Part shown: positions 50,531 through 61,925 of the stretch, piece by piece
How the letters are laid out: every line of letters begins with the position of its first letter
Numbering within the stretch: the stretch's first letter is position 1
From: an uncultured bacterium
GTDB taxonomy: Bacteria; Actinomycetota; Acidimicrobiia; Spongiisociales; UBA5794
DNA length: 64,000 nt
NCBI GenBank assembly: GCA_963801165.1
Contig: CAWDDT010000013.1
Location: 32,001 to 96,000, forward strand
Reading direction: 5' to 3'
Translations under genes and position numbers: made by a program
Notes under the pieces: model-generated
The model's input: only the letters and a program-made list of their open reading frames with translations
The model's database searches: none
What the model was told of the DNA's origin: nothing

Positions 50531-51834
50531 CGACCCAGACGTTCCACTAGATAGTCGACAACCTTGTCGATCGACACCCTGTCCTGCGCCATCGAGTCCC
50601 GGTCACGCACCGTCACCGCCTGATCCTCGAGAGAGTCGAAGTCGACGGTCACGCAGTACGGCGTACCTATCTCGTCCTGACGGCGGTAGCGACGCCCGAT
50701 TGCCTGGGTTACGTCGTGCTCCACCGGGTAGAGCGGGCGTAGGTCCTGGGCGAGCTTGGCAGAGACCTCGATCAACTCGGTCTTCTTGGAAAGCGGCAAC
50801 ACCGCGACCTTGACCGGAGCGAGACGCTTGTCGAGACGCATCACGGCGCGGGTCTCCCCCCTCACTTCCTCCTCGTCGTATGCGTCGAGAAGAAAAGCAA
50901 AGGTCGTCCGGGTGGCGCCGGCGGCCGGCTCAATGACATAGGGAACGAAGCGCTCTCCGCTGTCCTGGTCGAAGTAGGTGAGGTCCTTGCCCGACATCTC
51001 CATGTGGGCCTTCAGGTCGAAGTCCGTCCTGCTGGCGATACCCTCCAGCTCGTCGAAACCCCAGGGGAAGTTGTAGTCCACGTCAAAAGTGCCGGCCGAG
51101 TAGTGCGACAGCTCCTCGGGCTCGTGCTCCCGGAACCGGAGGTTCTCCTCCTTCATCCCGAGATCGATGTACCACTTCTTGCGTTCGTCGATCCAGTACC
51201 GGAACCACTCGTCGGCTTCCCCGGGCCGGCAGAAGAACTCCATCTCCATCTGCTCGAACTCGCGGGTGCGGAAAACGAACTGACCGGGGGTGATCTCGTT
51301 GCGGAACGACTTCCCGATCTGGGCGATACCGAAGGGCAGCTTGAGCCGGGCGGTTCGCCGTACGTTCTCGAAGTTGATGAAGATGCCCTGCGCCGTCTCG
51401 GGGCGGAGGTACACGGAGTTGTCCTCGCTCTCCACCGGGCCCATGTGCGTCTTGAACATCAAGTTGAAGTTCTTCGCCTCGGTGAAGGTACCGCGCTTGC
51501 CACAGGACGGGCATTGGTCGGGGTCGTCTAGCTTGTCCTCGCGGAACCGGTTGTTGCAGTTGGTGCACTCGACCAACGGGTCCGTGAACGACGCCAGATG
51601 CCCGGACGCCTCCCACACCAACGGGGACTGGATGATCGCCGAGTCGAGCCCCACGACGTTGTCACGCATCCGCACCATCGAATGCCACCACTGCTCCTTG
51701 ACGTTGCGGAGCAACTCGACACCGAGCGGTCCGTAGTCGTAGGCCGAGCGGAGACCACCGTAGATCTCCGACGACTGGAAGACGAAGCCGCGCTTCTTGC
51801 TCAGATTGACGATCGTGTCGAAGTCGCTAGGCAT
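50527..51834 (-). CDS. glyQS: Glycine--tRNA ligase (alpha2 type)
   Basis: [48 protein letters not shown]. Confidence 0.96.
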   Translation of the reverse strand: MPSDFDTIVNLSKKRGFVFQSSEIYGGLRSAYDYGPLGVELLRNVKEQWWHSMVRMRDNVVGLDSAIIQSPLVWEASGHLASFTDPLVECTNCNNRFREDKLDDPDQCPSCGKRGTFTEAKNFNLMFKTHMGPVESEDNSVYLRPETAQGIFINFENVRRTARLKLPFGIAQIGKSFRNEITPGQFVFRTREFEQMEMEFFCRPGEADEWFRYWIDERKKWYIDLGMKEENLRFREHEPEELSHYSAGTFDVDYNFPWGFDELEGIASRTDFDLKAHMEMSGKDLTYFDQDSGERFVPYVIEPAAGATRTTFAFLLDAYDEEEVRGETRAVMRLDKRLAPVKVAVLPLSKKTELIEVSAKLAQDLRPLYPVEHDVTQAIGRRYRRQDEIGTPYCVTVDFDSLEDQAVTVRDRDSMAQDRVSIDKVVDYLVERLGR

Positions 51835-51901
51835 ATCACGTCCAGATAGGGATTTGGTCCGGAATGATAGGTCGGCTCCGGCGGGCTCGGGATGACGGGT
51901 A

Positions 51902-52672
51902 TCAGCCGTCGGTCGCGGCGTCGCCCGCATCCGCTCCTGACGTGTCCCTGGCGCTCCCAAACCGTCTGTCCCGCGCTTGGTACTCGGCAACACAGGCGAC
52001 GAGCGTGTTGCGGTTGAAATCGGGCCACAGCACCGGTGTAAAGACATACTCGGCGTACGCAGACTCCCACAACAAGTAATTGCTCGTCCGCTGCTCGCCG
52101 CTGGAGCGGATCACAAGGTCGGGATCGGGCATCTCCGGGAGGTAGAGACGGGCAGCAACCGCGGCGATGTCGACTTCTTCCGGGTCCAGATCACCCGCGG
52201 CTGCCTCGGAAGCGATTCGGCGCGCCGCGTCTGCCAGCTCCGCCCGTCCCCCGTAGTTGAACGCAAACACCAGATGCAGCGTCTCGTTAGCCTTCGTCAG
52301 CGCCTCAGCGGCGCGAATCTCCTCACGCAGCTCGTCGGGGACCCTCGGGTCGTCACGATCACCGATGAAGTGAATCCGCACGCCCTTCTGCTTCATCTCG
52401 TTGCGGCGACGGCGCAGCAGGTCGATGTTGAAGTGCATCAGGAACTCGACCTCAACAGCGTCCCTGGCCCAGTTCTCGGTGGAGAACACGTATGCGCTGA
52501 GCCACTCGACACCAAGATCCAGGGCACCCTCGATGACGTCAAATAGCGCCGGCTCACCGGCGGCGTGGCCCTGCGTCCGATGCAGGCCCCGAGCGTTGGC
52601 CCAGCGGCCGTTGCCGTCGAGGATGAGCCCGACGTGTCGGGGCACGCGGCTGCGATCGACATCGTCATGCAT
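51902..52672 (-). CDS. uppS: Isoprenyl (cis-prenyl) transferase
   Basis: [37 protein letters not shown]. Confidence 0.95.
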   Translation of the reverse strand: MHDDVDRSRVPRHVGLILDGNGRWANARGLHRTQGHAAGEPALFDVIEGALDLGVEWLSAYVFSTENWARDAVEVEFLMHFNIDLLRRRRNEMKQKGVRIHFIGDRDDPRVPDELREEIRAAEALTKANETLHLVFAFNYGGRAELADAARRIASEAAAGDLDPEEVDIAAVAARLYLPEMPDPDLVIRSSGEQRTSNYLLWESAYAEYVFTPVLWPDFNRNTLVACVAEYQARDRRFGSARDTSGADAGDAATDG

Positions 52673-53384
52673 CGAGCACCGCCAGCGATTGGATCTGCCG
52701 CTCCAGATGGTATTCGATGAATCGCCTGGCGACCCCTCGTGCCTCGCCGGCGAACGTCGCGTCGGGCAGTGGGAGCTCCGCAAGGTCCGCCGCCGCCAGG
52801 ACGGCCATGTACTCGGTGAGCCCCGTACGCAATGCGTATGCCCCTGCGGTGCGGCATCGCTCGCAGAGCACGCCACCCGCATCGAAACTGAACCGGGTGA
52901 GGTCGGTAGTCGTGCCGCAACCGGCACACCGATCGAGAGCCGGGGCGACTCCGATGACCTCGGCTGCTTTCAGCAGGAACGCTGAGATCAGGTCGGGGTG
53001 GGGCGGAGCGGCGTCGAGCGCTCGTAAGCCGCGCTGGAGCAGCAGGAAGAGCCGCACCGATCCCTCGTTCTCCTGAGCTACGGCATCGGCCACCTCGACC
53101 ATGGCGCCCCCGGCCATGACCCGATCGAGGTCCGACCGCAACGCAGGGAACGCCTCGATCAGCTCGACCTGGGTGATCGTGTCGAGGTTCCTTCCTTCGT
53201 AGAGGATGAGATCGACGTGGCTGAACGTCTCGAGACGCCCGCCGAAGCGACTCTTCGTCTTCCGGATGCCCTTGGCAACGGTGCGCAGCTTGCCGTGGTT
53301 CGGGCTGAGCAGGACGATGACCTTGTCCGCCTCACCGAACGGGAACGAACGCAGCACGATCCCCTGGTCGTGACGGATCGCCAT
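52665..53384 (-). CDS. recO: DNA repair protein RecO
   Basis: GIVLR...GEADK, AKGIRKTKSRFGGRLE, Zn CxxC..CxxC. Confidence 0.95.
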   Translation of the reverse strand: MAIRHDQGIVLRSFPFGEADKVIVLLSPNHGKLRTVAKGIRKTKSRFGGRLETFSHVDLILYEGRNLDTITQVELIEAFPALRSDLDRVMAGGAMVEVADAVAQENEGSVRLFLLLQRGLRALDAAPPHPDLISAFLLKAAEVIGVAPALDRCAGCGTTTDLTRFSFDAGGVLCERCRTAGAYALRTGLTEYMAVLAAADLAELPLPDATFAGEARGVARRFIEYHLERQIQSLAVLDA

Positions 53385-54256
53385 CAGAACCCGAGCCTGT
53401 CGAGCGTGCCCTCACGTGTTTGCCAGTCATCCTCGACGCGGACGTGAATGTCGAGAAAGACGGGACCGGCAAAAAAGCGTTCCAGGTCGCTTCTGGCCGC
53501 ACCGCCCACCTCCCGCAGCAGCGAACCGCCCTTGCCGATCACGATCCCCTTTTGCGACTTGCGCTCCACGTACGCAGTTGCGGCGACATAGGTGGTGCCG
53601 TTGGCACGCACTTCGATCTCGTCAACAACGATCGCGAGGGAGTGCGGCAGCTCTTCCCGAAGCCTGTGGAGGAACTTCTCCCTGATCAGCTCGGCGGCAT
53701 ACAACTGGTCGGGCTGATCCATGTGGACGTCGGTGGGGAAAAACTGCGGTCCCTCCACGAGCAGCGGTGCAATCTCGTCGAGAATCAGGTCTACCCCGTC
53801 ACCCGTTCGGGCCGACACCGGAACGTAGCCCGCAAAATCCCATTTTGCAGCCGCGGCCAGTTGTCCCAAGATCTGCTCATGACTGGCGACGTCCGTCTTG
53901 TTGGCAACGACGATCACCATGGCCTTTGCGGCGATGAGCCGCTCTGCGATCAGCCGGTCCCCAGGACCGATCTTCTCTGTAGTGTCGAGGACGAAGAGGA
54001 CGCCGTCTGTGTCCTCGAGCGAGCCGTAGACGAGCCGGTTGAGCCGGTTGCCCAGCGCGGTCTTCGGCTTGTGGAGCCCGGGAGTGTCGACGAACACGAT
54101 CTGCCGGTCCGGGTCGTTGCGGATGCCGCGGATGGTGTTCCGCGTCGTCTGCGGGCGTGGCGATGTGATGGCCACCTTCTCCCGCACCAGCGCATTGACC
54201 AGCGTCGACTTACCGACGTTGGGCCGCCCCACGACAGAGACAAACCCGGTCCTCAT
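53384..54256 (-). CDS. era: GTPase Era
   Basis: GRPNVGKSTL, PQTTR, DTPG, NKTD, KH domain GIVIGKGG. Confidence 0.96.
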   Translation of the reverse strand: MRTGFVSVVGRPNVGKSTLVNALVREKVAITSPRPQTTRNTIRGIRNDPDRQIVFVDTPGLHKPKTALGNRLNRLVYGSLEDTDGVLFVLDTTEKIGPGDRLIAERLIAAKAMVIVVANKTDVASHEQILGQLAAAAKWDFAGYVPVSARTGDGVDLILDEIAPLLVEGPQFFPTDVHMDQPDQLYAAELIREKFLHRLREELPHSLAIVVDEIEVRANGTTYVAATAYVERKSQKGIVIGKGGSLLREVGGAARSDLERFFAGPVFLDIHVRVEDDWQTREGTLDRLGF

Positions 54257-55419
54257 GGGTGCAGCCGGATCTGGGCGACACGGCGGCCCTGGACCTTCTC
54301 CACGGTGAGGGTGTGTGCGTTGAACTCGAATGTCTCGCCTTCGTCGGGCACCCTTCCGGCCAGGCCGAGGATCAAACCGCCGACCGTGTCCCAGTCCTCG
54401 TCGGGGATGGTGGATCCGATCAGATCACCGAGATCGTCGATGTCGAGGCGAGCGTCGATCAGGTAGGTGCCGTCGGCCTCCGAGACGATCATCGGCTCCT
54501 CCTCGTCGTACTCGTCTGCGATCTCGCCCACCAACTCCTCGAGGAGGTCCTCGATGGTGACCAGCCCGGCGGTGCCACCGAACTCGTCGACGGCGATGGC
54601 CATGTGCACCTGGTTTGCCTGCATCTCGCGAAGCAGATCCGGGACACGCTTCGTTTCCGGAACAAAGTAGGCGTCGCGCATCAAATCCCTGGCAAGACGC
54701 GGGCCGGAATGGTCGTCCCACAGCTGTAGTAAATCCCGAGCGTAGAGCACCCCGAGGATGTCATCGGTGTCGTCGCCAAAAACGGGGATACGCGACTTGC
54801 CACTCTCGAGGAAGAGATCGAGCGCGTGCTCGCTCGATGTGTCGGCGCCAACCGTGACCATGTCGGGCCGGGGGACCATCACCTCACGGACGATGGCGTC
54901 GGTGAAGTCGAGCACCTGGGAGATCAGCTTGCGCTCATGTGCCTCCATGAGGGTGCCCTCGTCTGTCTTGTCCTCCTCCTCGTCGAGATCCGCCACGAGG
55001 TCGGCGGTCGTCTGACCGAGGCGGATCATTGCCGCGAGCAGCCCGGCAAAGCGATAGGCGATGGTCCGGGGGCGATTGCGGCCGAGGGTTCGCGGGATCA
55101 CGTCGCCGAAGACGATCACCACCAGACCGAGGACGACGATTGAAACCACCAACACCGGCCCATCGTTGAGCCTGGTCAGCGCCCACGCCGCGGGCAACAC
55201 GGCCAGCACCAACAACCCTGTGCCGACGAGGCCCAGGGCGGGCTGAATCAACGCCCGGTTGGTGAGCAGATCGGCGATCCGCTCGGCGCGGGGGTCGTTG
55301 TCACGGGCGTCGTGGAGCGCATCGGCACGCGGGGTGCGCACCAGCGAGGCGCCTGCCGCCCGCAGCACCGCAGTGAGCAGTATGAGTATGGCGGAGAGGA
55401 TCAACGCCGCGGTGGTCAC
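54253..55419 (-). CDS. Hemolysin-family CNNM/CBS/CorC protein
   Basis: TM region, VREVMVPR, SRIPV, VDEFGGTAGLVTIEDLLEELVGEI.DEYD. Confidence 0.92.
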   Translation of the reverse strand: MTTAALILSAILILLTAVLRAAGASLVRTPRADALHDARDNDPRAERIADLLTNRALIQPALGLVGTGLLVLAVLPAAWALTRLNDGPVLVVSIVVLGLVVIVFGDVIPRTLGRNRPRTIAYRFAGLLAAMIRLGQTTADLVADLDEEEDKTDEGTLMEAHERKLISQVLDFTDAIVREVMVPRPDMVTVGADTSSEHALDLFLESGKSRIPVFGDDTDDILGVLYARDLLQLWDDHSGPRLARDLMRDAYFVPETKRVPDLLREMQANQVHMAIAVDEFGGTAGLVTIEDLLEELVGEIADEYDEEEPMIVSEADGTYLIDARLDIDDLGDLIGSTIPDEDWDTVGGLILGLAGRVPDEGETFEFNAHTLTVEKVQGRRVAQIRLHP

Positions 55420-55490
55420 CGCCGCCCCCTCCCGTCGACCGCGGCGACGACCAGGATCACATCGAAGATCAGAGCCACACCGACAATCAC
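55416..55490 (-). CDS. 24-aa hydrophobic micro-ORF (possible gene remnant)
   Basis: MIVGVALIFDVILVVAAVDGRGRR; GTGA overlaps with both the ybeY stop and the next start. Confidence 0.4.
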   Translation of the reverse strand: MIVGVALIFDVILVVAAVDGRGRR

Positions 55491-55948
55491 TGTCGAGTCC
55501 TCCCCACGAGTGCCAGGATCTCACGCTCGCGCTGTTCCATTGCCTCGGCTTCCTCCTCGATCACGTGATCACGACCGAGCAGGTGGAGGATCCCGTGGAC
55601 GACCATGAGCGCCATCTCATCTTCGAAGGGTACCCCGGCGCCGGCAGCGTTGGCACGCACCACGGCGGGACAGATGAAGATATCGCCCAGCAACAGCGGT
55701 GGGCCGTCGTCGCCTCGCAGCGGGACGCCATCGGTAAAGTCCTCGATCGGGAAGGACAGGACATCGGTCGGACCGGTCTTACCCATGTGCTCGCCGTTGA
55801 GACCGGCCATCCGGGCCCCATCGATCAGGGTGACGGCAAGCTCGGTCGTCTCCGGCAACGACTCGGCACGCATGGCTACGGCGGCGAGGTCGACCAGCCA
55901 GTCGCTGGGGAGCGGGTCGTCCTGTTCGTCTGTAAAGGCAACTTCCAT
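55487..55948 (-). CDS. ybeY: rRNA maturation endoribonuclease YbeY
   Basis: PTDVLSFP, LGDI, HGILHLLGRDH. Confidence 0.95.
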   Translation of the reverse strand: MEVAFTDEQDDPLPSDWLVDLAAVAMRAESLPETTELAVTLIDGARMAGLNGEHMGKTGPTDVLSFPIEDFTDGVPLRGDDGPPLLLGDIFICPAVVRANAAGAGVPFEDEMALMVVHGILHLLGRDHVIEEEAEAMEQREREILALVGRTRQ

Positions 55949-58420
55949 CAGGCGGGCTCTACCTGGGGGCCCGGGAAGCCCGGGTATGGAACCCGGGTGT
56001 GGTAGTAGCCAAGAAGGGATTCAACGAGGGCCGCCTTCACGCGGGTGAGGTCACCGAAAGTGAGTGCCGACTCGTCTAGCTGATGGTCGTCGAGCTTCTC
56101 CCCCACAACCGCGTCGACCACCTTGGTGATGCTCTCCGCCGTCGGCTCCTGCTGCTGGGCATGCGCCCGAGCGGCGCCCTCGACGGCGTCGCAGAGCATC
56201 AGGATGGCCATCTCCTTGCGCTTCGGCTTCTCCCCATGGTGCCGGAATAGCTGAGGGTCGACCTCAGGATCCGCCTCGAGCGCCTCGTGGTAGAAGTAAC
56301 GCATCAGACCTGTGCCGTGGTGACAACGGATACCTTCGGCGATCTCGGGCGGAAGTCGGTATTGACGGGCCAGCTTCAGCCCATCGGTGACATGGGAGCG
56401 GATGATGCGGCAGGAATCGACCGGATCCAGATCGTCGTGTGGGTTGGTGATGCTGAACTGATTCTCGATGAAGTAGACCGGGTCCTCGACCTTGCCCAGA
56501 TCGTGATAGAACGCCGCTGCCTGCGCCAGCAGCGGGTCCGCTCCGATAGCGCGCGCCGCTTTCCCGGCCAGGGTACCGACCAGAATCGAGTGGTTGAAGG
56601 TCCCCGGGGCTTTGTCTTCGATGAGCCGCAACGCTGGGTGGTTTCTGTCGACGAGATCGAGCAAGGTGAGCGTGGTCGTCATCCGAAACAGGTTTTCGAA
56701 GAACGAAACCAGGCTCTGGGCTATCAACCCGGCAACAACACCACCAATCAGAGCGAAGAGGGCCGCCTCCCACCGGGTTGCCTCGCCACGAAACAGCCAC
56801 GCGATGGCGAACGCCAACGGAGCGAGCACCATTGCCGACCAGGCGACCGCAACCCGTAGCTCGCGCCGGCTGGATACAGATGACACGAACGCAACCGGAG
56901 CGACCGTGGCTGCGGCGGCAAACACTGTGATGGCGGGATCTGCGGTCGACATGCCAACAAACGTGGTTACCGGTACGGCCATCAGGACTGCGGTACGTGG
57001 GTCGTAGAGGATCGCAGCCACATACCCGAATAGCATCGCCGGTATCGCGAACCCGAGCGATGCGAAACTGCCGTCGGTGCCGTCTACCAGCTCGGGAATG
57101 CGGGACGCGAGCGCGGCCAACACCAGCAAGATGCCCAGCAAGGCGAAATGCTTTGGTGCCGACCACTGACCAGGAGCCAGCCGCCATAGGAAGAAGGCGG
57201 TCAATCCCACTGCAAGCGCTCCAAGCAGGACGATCGCCTTGCGCGACGTCCCGGGAGCCTTCTCAACGAGATCGAGCTTGTTGATGGCGTCGACCTGAAC
57301 CTGATCCAGCGTTTCCCCCTCGTTGGCAATCACCTCCCCCACCACATACGTCTTCTGCTGGGTCTCAACCTGAGCCTCGGCCGCTACCCGGGTCGACTCG
57401 GTTGCAGCATCGTCGACTGCCTTGTTTGGAAGCAACTCATCAGCGACCAACTCGCCGATCGCGTCGTGGGCAAGCTCCTGCTCCTCGACCGATAGCACCG
57501 GCACGTAGATCAACGAGGTCGGCCCGCGCAGCTCCGCCTGCAGTGTGGGCAGATCGTCCTGCGTTATCCCTTGCGACATGAGCTTCTCGGCCAAATCGCT
57601 CGTCGCGCTCGATGATCGCGTCGAAGCGAGATGCCTCTCCGTTCTCGATCCGATCGAGATCGTTGCTATACAAGGTGACAAAGTCAGGGACCGATTGGAG
57701 ATCGGGGTAGTCGACCTGCAACTTGGCAACCCAGTCGTCGATGCTGCGCCGGGGCAGCGTGGTCGTGGTCACCTCGGGAATGGTCGTCGTCGTTGTTGTC
57801 GTGGTGCTGCTGGTGTCGCCCGTGCCGCTTGACGTGGAGGTCGACGTCGACGTGGAGGTCGTTGTCGATGCGGCCACGCTCGCATCGACAACGAGACCGG
57901 TGTCGTCAACCGCCCGCTGATCCATGCCGGCAAGCGTGTCGCGGATCTGCTGCCGAGTAGCCTCGTCGGGAATCGTACCGACCAGTATGATCTTCTTCGG
58001 GCTGTCCTGTACCTGAACCTCCCCTCCGGTGACACTGATGATGGCGTCGACGGCGGTCTGTAGATCCGACTTGGCCGCCTCCAGATTCAGCTCGTCCACC
58101 GTCATCGTGGAGAGCCTGGCGAGTTCATCGAAGAAAGCGGCAAAGCGCCTGCGTACACCGGTGAGCACGGTCCCGTCGATCTTCCACACGGACGCTTCCG
58201 CCAAGCGCGCCTGCTGACGGGCTTCTGCCGTCGCGGCATCGTCATCCACGTTGATGGTTTGCGTGGCGACGTACTGGGCGGGTGACGGTGATCCAACTTT
58301 GACTACAACCGCCGGGGCGGCGCCCGCCCGACCCACGACCAGTACCGCACCGACGAAGACGATCGTCACCGCGATGACCAGGAGATTCAACGGAATCGCA
58401 TAGCGGCGGTAGAAGTTCAT
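55948..58420 (-). CDS. 7TM-HD phosphohydrolase (PgpH-like c-di-AMP phosphodiesterase); one frameshift near 57600
   Basis: 7 TM helices, APGTFNHS, YHDLGK, HVTDG, HHGT, MLCD.VE; two overlapping ORFs 57440-58420 and 55948-57729. Confidence 0.85.
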
Positions 58421-59406
58421 TGCTGGCCCTCCCGCAGCTTCTCCTCGTAGCGGCGGTAGGCCTCGACGATGGCGGCGACGATCCGATGCCGGACGACGTC
58501 GCGACCGGTCAGTTCGATAAACGCAATCCCCGGTACGTGGCGCAGCACCTGGCGGATCGTTCGGAGACCCGACAGCCTGCCGCCGTCGAGATCCACCTGC
58601 GTTACGTCACCGGTGACGATCATCTTCGAGTTGAAACCCAGTCTCGTGAGAAACATCTTCATCTGCTCTGGCGATGTGTTCTGCGCTTCGTCCAGCACGA
58701 CGAACGCATCGTTGAGGGTTCTCCCTCTCATATAAGCGAGCGGAGCTATCTCAATAGTTCCCTTCTCCATCAGTCGCGAGGTTTCCTCAGGCCCGAGCAT
58801 CTCATATAGGGCGTCATATAGCGGCCGCAGATACGGGTCGACCTTGGCGGTCAAATCGCCTGGGAGAAAACCCAGCCGCTCCCCAGCCTCCACAGCCGGC
58901 CGGGTCAGGATGATGCGCCGCACCGATCCCGCTTGCAGCGCCTCGATGGCGCAGGCCATCGCCAGGTAGGTCTTGCCGGTGCCGGCGGGACCGATCCCGA
59001 AGACCATCGTGTTGTCCCGCACCGCGTCCACGTAAATCTTCTGACCGTGCGTCTTGGGCCGCACGTGTTTGCCCCGCCCCACGTTGATGGATTCCGTGAA
59101 CACCCCGGAGGGCGAGGGGACGTCCTTCTTGACCATGTCGATGACCCTCGCCACACGGTCCTCATCGAGCGACTCCCCCTCCTGGATCAGGATGAGCAAC
59201 TCGGCGAAGGCAGTACGGGCCATCTCGCCGGAGCCGGACGACCCGTCATCGTCGATGACGATCTCGTTGCCGCGGGCGACGATGCGCGCCTCGGGGAACG
59301 CGTCGTCGACCTGGGACAGGTAGACGTCACGTTCGCCCAGCAGATCAACCATCAGGTGGTTGCTGGGAACGCGAATACGGATCTGGGTGGTAGGAGGGGT
59401 GGTCAC
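58417..59406 (-). CDS. phoH: PhoH family ATPase
   Basis: GPAGTGKTYLA, RPAVEAGERLGFLPGD, LAYMRGRTL, DEAQN. Confidence 0.95.
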   Translation of the reverse strand: MTTPPTTQIRIRVPSNHLMVDLLGERDVYLSQVDDAFPEARIVARGNEIVIDDDGSSGSGEMARTAFAELLILIQEGESLDEDRVARVIDMVKKDVPSPSGVFTESINVGRGKHVRPKTHGQKIYVDAVRDNTMVFGIGPAGTGKTYLAMACAIEALQAGSVRRIILTRPAVEAGERLGFLPGDLTAKVDPYLRPLYDALYEMLGPEETSRLMEKGTIEIAPLAYMRGRTLNDAFVVLDEAQNTSPEQMKMFLTRLGFNSKMIVTGDVTQVDLDGGRLSGLRTIRQVLRHVPGIAFIELTGRDVVRHRIVAAIVEAYRRYEEKLREGQQ

Positions 59407-59512
59407 GGAGAAATCAATCGGTCGACTACCGCGAAAGAATCACAGTTACGCAAGGCAGCAGTATATCCAGGCTGGGAGCAAGCGGATGAATTGGCAGTAG
59501 GTACCAAACGGC

Positions 59513-59983
59513 CTAATCGCCGTCCGAGGTGACGCCGAGCTCGGTGAGACGCTCGCTGAAACCCTGTTCGGATTGGTCGAGGAGCATAGCGAGCATCCGC
59601 AGGTCGTTGGCCCGAATCGTGAGCACACGGCCGTTGAAATCCTGGCGCAGCATCTGGATACCCCTCAGAAAGCGCTCGACGACCTGGCCGTCCTGACCGG
59701 AGAGACGCTCGACCTGGTTGAGGTCGATAGTCACACCCTCGGCGGCAGCATGTGGCGTCGGGCTGTCATCCTGCGGAAGCAGCTGCAGGATCGGCACACT
59801 GAAGAACTGCGCCAGCCGCTGCAATCGGGGCAGAGACAGGCTGCGCTCACCCCTCTCGTATGCGCCAAGCACCGCAGCCTTGAACTCTTGATCAGACAGC
59901 TTCTGCACGTCCTGTAGCGACAAACCCCTCTGTCGCCGGATCGAGCGGAGCCGTTCTCCCACCATCTCGTTGTAACTCGGCAT
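59513..59983 (-). CDS. bldD: BldD-like XRE regulator with c-di-GMP-binding motif
   Basis: LRSIRRQRGLSL..V..S..EFKAAVLGAYERGER, C-domain RQD-x8-RAND. Confidence 0.88.
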   Translation of the reverse strand: MPSYNEMVGERLRSIRRQRGLSLQDVQKLSDQEFKAAVLGAYERGERSLSLPRLQRLAQFFSVPILQLLPQDDSPTPHAAAEGVTIDLNQVERLSGQDGQVVERFLRGIQMLRQDFNGRVLTIRANDLRMLAMLLDQSEQGFSERLTELGVTSDGD

Positions 59984-60045
59984 CAATATCTCCTCAGCCC
60001 TCCACGGAGCCCAGCGCATCGCGACCGCTCTGCGTAGCCAACATC

Positions 60046-60060
60046 ATAACCGAGCGTTAC
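60046..60060. promoter_or_regulatory. BldD box upstream of bldD (autoregulation)
   Basis: ATAACCGAGCGTTAC fits RTNAC-N5-GTNAY. Confidence 0.6.
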
Positions 60061-60150
60061 CTCTCTGTCTCAATTCACTAGCCAGATTTGCCCCTACATC
60101 GCCAAAACATGACCTGTCGCCGATCTGACGGCTCTCACCGTCGCAGCGTC

Positions 60151-60819
60151 CTAGCCGTCACCAGAGCCGTACAACATCAGTGCGGCCCCCACAATCGCCG
60201 CCGTTTCCACCCGGAGCACAGGGTCTCCAAGGTGGACGCGCGGTGCTCCCTCCGGAATCTCCGCAGGCGCCCACCCACCCTCAGGGCCTATGCACAACAC
60301 CGGATCAGCGACGTCATCGAGATGGTACGGCTGTCTGCCGCCACGCTCGGCAAACACGGGAGTCCCCCACCCGCTGAGCTCGCCGATCGTCACCGGGCCG
60401 GCGATTGCCATGAGCCACACCCCTCCGGACTGCTCGAGCGCCGCCCGGGCCCAGGCACCGGCCTTTTCCGGTCTGGGAGGCTTGCCCTGGCCGTGCTCGG
60501 TACGAAGCCAGAGCAACCGGCCGATCCCCAGCTCGCCGAGCTTCTCGACGAGAAATCTGACCCGAGAGCTGCTGTGGGGAGGAGCGACGGCGACGGTGAC
60601 CGGGCCGGAGCGTGACAGCGTTCGCTCGTCGCCTCGCACCAGCGAGGCCCCCTCCCACGCGCCGTTGCCGAGAAGGCCGGCGCCGTCGGTGTAGGTGACA
60701 GAACCGCCGTCCGGGTAACGGAGCACCTTCTCGAGGTGCCGGCGCGTCTCGACATCTACCTCGATTGCCCCATCCGGTCCCGGCGGGGGCACCAGCAGAT
60801 GAGGTTGGTGCCTGCCCAC
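60151..60819 (-). CDS. rsmE: 16S rRNA m3U1498 methyltransferase
   Basis: HL.KVLR, EK..ELG, IGPEGGW, LG..VLRVETAA. Confidence 0.9.
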   Translation of the reverse strand: MGRHQPHLLVPPPGPDGAIEVDVETRRHLEKVLRYPDGGSVTYTDGAGLLGNGAWEGASLVRGDERTLSRSGPVTVAVAPPHSSSRVRFLVEKLGELGIGRLLWLRTEHGQGKPPRPEKAGAWARAALEQSGGVWLMAIAGPVTIGELSGWGTPVFAERGGRQPYHLDDVADPVLCIGPEGGWAPAEIPEGAPRVHLGDPVLRVETAAIVGAALMLYGSGDG

Positions 60820-60821
60820 GA

Positions 60822-61925
60822 CTACCGCTTGCGTCGTTTGTGCAGGCGCCGCTTCGGCTCCATCGGCTGTTCGCCCAGGATGGCGGCATAGTCCCGAAGC
60901 GCGTCCTCGGCCTCGGCGGGAAGATCCTGCGGGACGACGATCTCCGTCTCGAGTAGAAGGTCCCCGCGACCGCGCCGTTGCAGCCGGGGCATCCCCTGCT
61001 TGCCCAGCCGGAACACGGTTGCCGACTGGGTGCCGGGCGGTATGTCGACCTCGGTGCTGGACCCGTCGATGAGAGGCACCTCCACCTTCTTCCCGAGGGT
61101 GGCTTCGGCGAGCCCGAGCCGGATCTTGTGATGAAGGTCGTCTCCGATCCTCGTGAAGTTCGGATCGGGGGCAACGCGCACTTGCACGTACAAATCACCC
61201 GGAGGCGCCCCCCGCTCGCCGGCACCACCGCGCCCGGAAAGACGCAGCCTCGTGCCGTCGTCGACGCCTGAGGGTATTTCCACCGTGAACGTGCGTTGGG
61301 CGTCGACCCGCCCCGATCCTGAACAGGTCCGGCACGGACTGTCGATGATCTCGCCCCTACCCCGGCAGGTAGAGCATTGGGTGACGGTCATCATTTGGCC
61401 GAGCATGGTTTGGCGCGCCACTTGAACCTGGCCGGCGCCGTTGCAGGTCGGGCAGCGGCGGGCTTCGTGACCGGGTTCCGCCCCGCTGCCCGTGCACGAT
61501 GGGCAACGTTCCGGCGCAGACACCTCGATGTGCCTGCTGATGCCGGTCGCCGCCTCGGCGAGAGTCAGGTCGACATTGACGCCCACGTCGCTGCCCCTGG
61601 TCGGCGACCGACGTCTGGCACCTCCAAACCCGCCGAAACCGCCGAAACCGCCGCCAAAGAACTGCTGCAGGATCTCGTCGAGACCGCCAAAGCTGCTGAA
61701 CAGGTCGCCGGTTCCGAATTGCTCACCCCGATCGTACGCGGCCCGGCGGTTCGGGTCCGAGAGAACCTCGTAAGCCTCGGCGATCTCGCGGAAACGCGCC
61801 TCTGCTTTCGGATCGTCCGGGTTGGCGTCGGGATGGGTGTCCCGGGCGAGACGGCGGAACGCTTTCTTGATCTCTTCCTGGCTCGCGTCGCGCGCGACAC
61901 CGAGGGCTGCGTAGTAGTCCTTCAT
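60822..61925 (-). CDS. dnaJ: Chaperone DnaJ
   Basis: HPD J-domain, G/F region, four CxxCxGxG repeats. Confidence 0.96.
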   Translation of the reverse strand: MKDYYAALGVARDASQEEIKKAFRRLARDTHPDANPDDPKAEARFREIAEAYEVLSDPNRRAAYDRGEQFGTGDLFSSFGGLDEILQQFFGGGFGGFGGFGGARRRSPTRGSDVGVNVDLTLAEAATGISRHIEVSAPERCPSCTGSGAEPGHEARRCPTCNGAGQVQVARQTMLGQMMTVTQCSTCRGRGEIIDSPCRTCSGSGRVDAQRTFTVEIPSGVDDGTRLRLSGRGGAGERGAPPGDLYVQVRVAPDPNFTRIGDDLHHKIRLGLAEATLGKKVEVPLIDGSSTEVDIPPGTQSATVFRLGKQGMPRLQRRGRGDLLLETEIVVPQDLPAEAEDALRDYAAILGEQPMEPKRRLHKRRKR

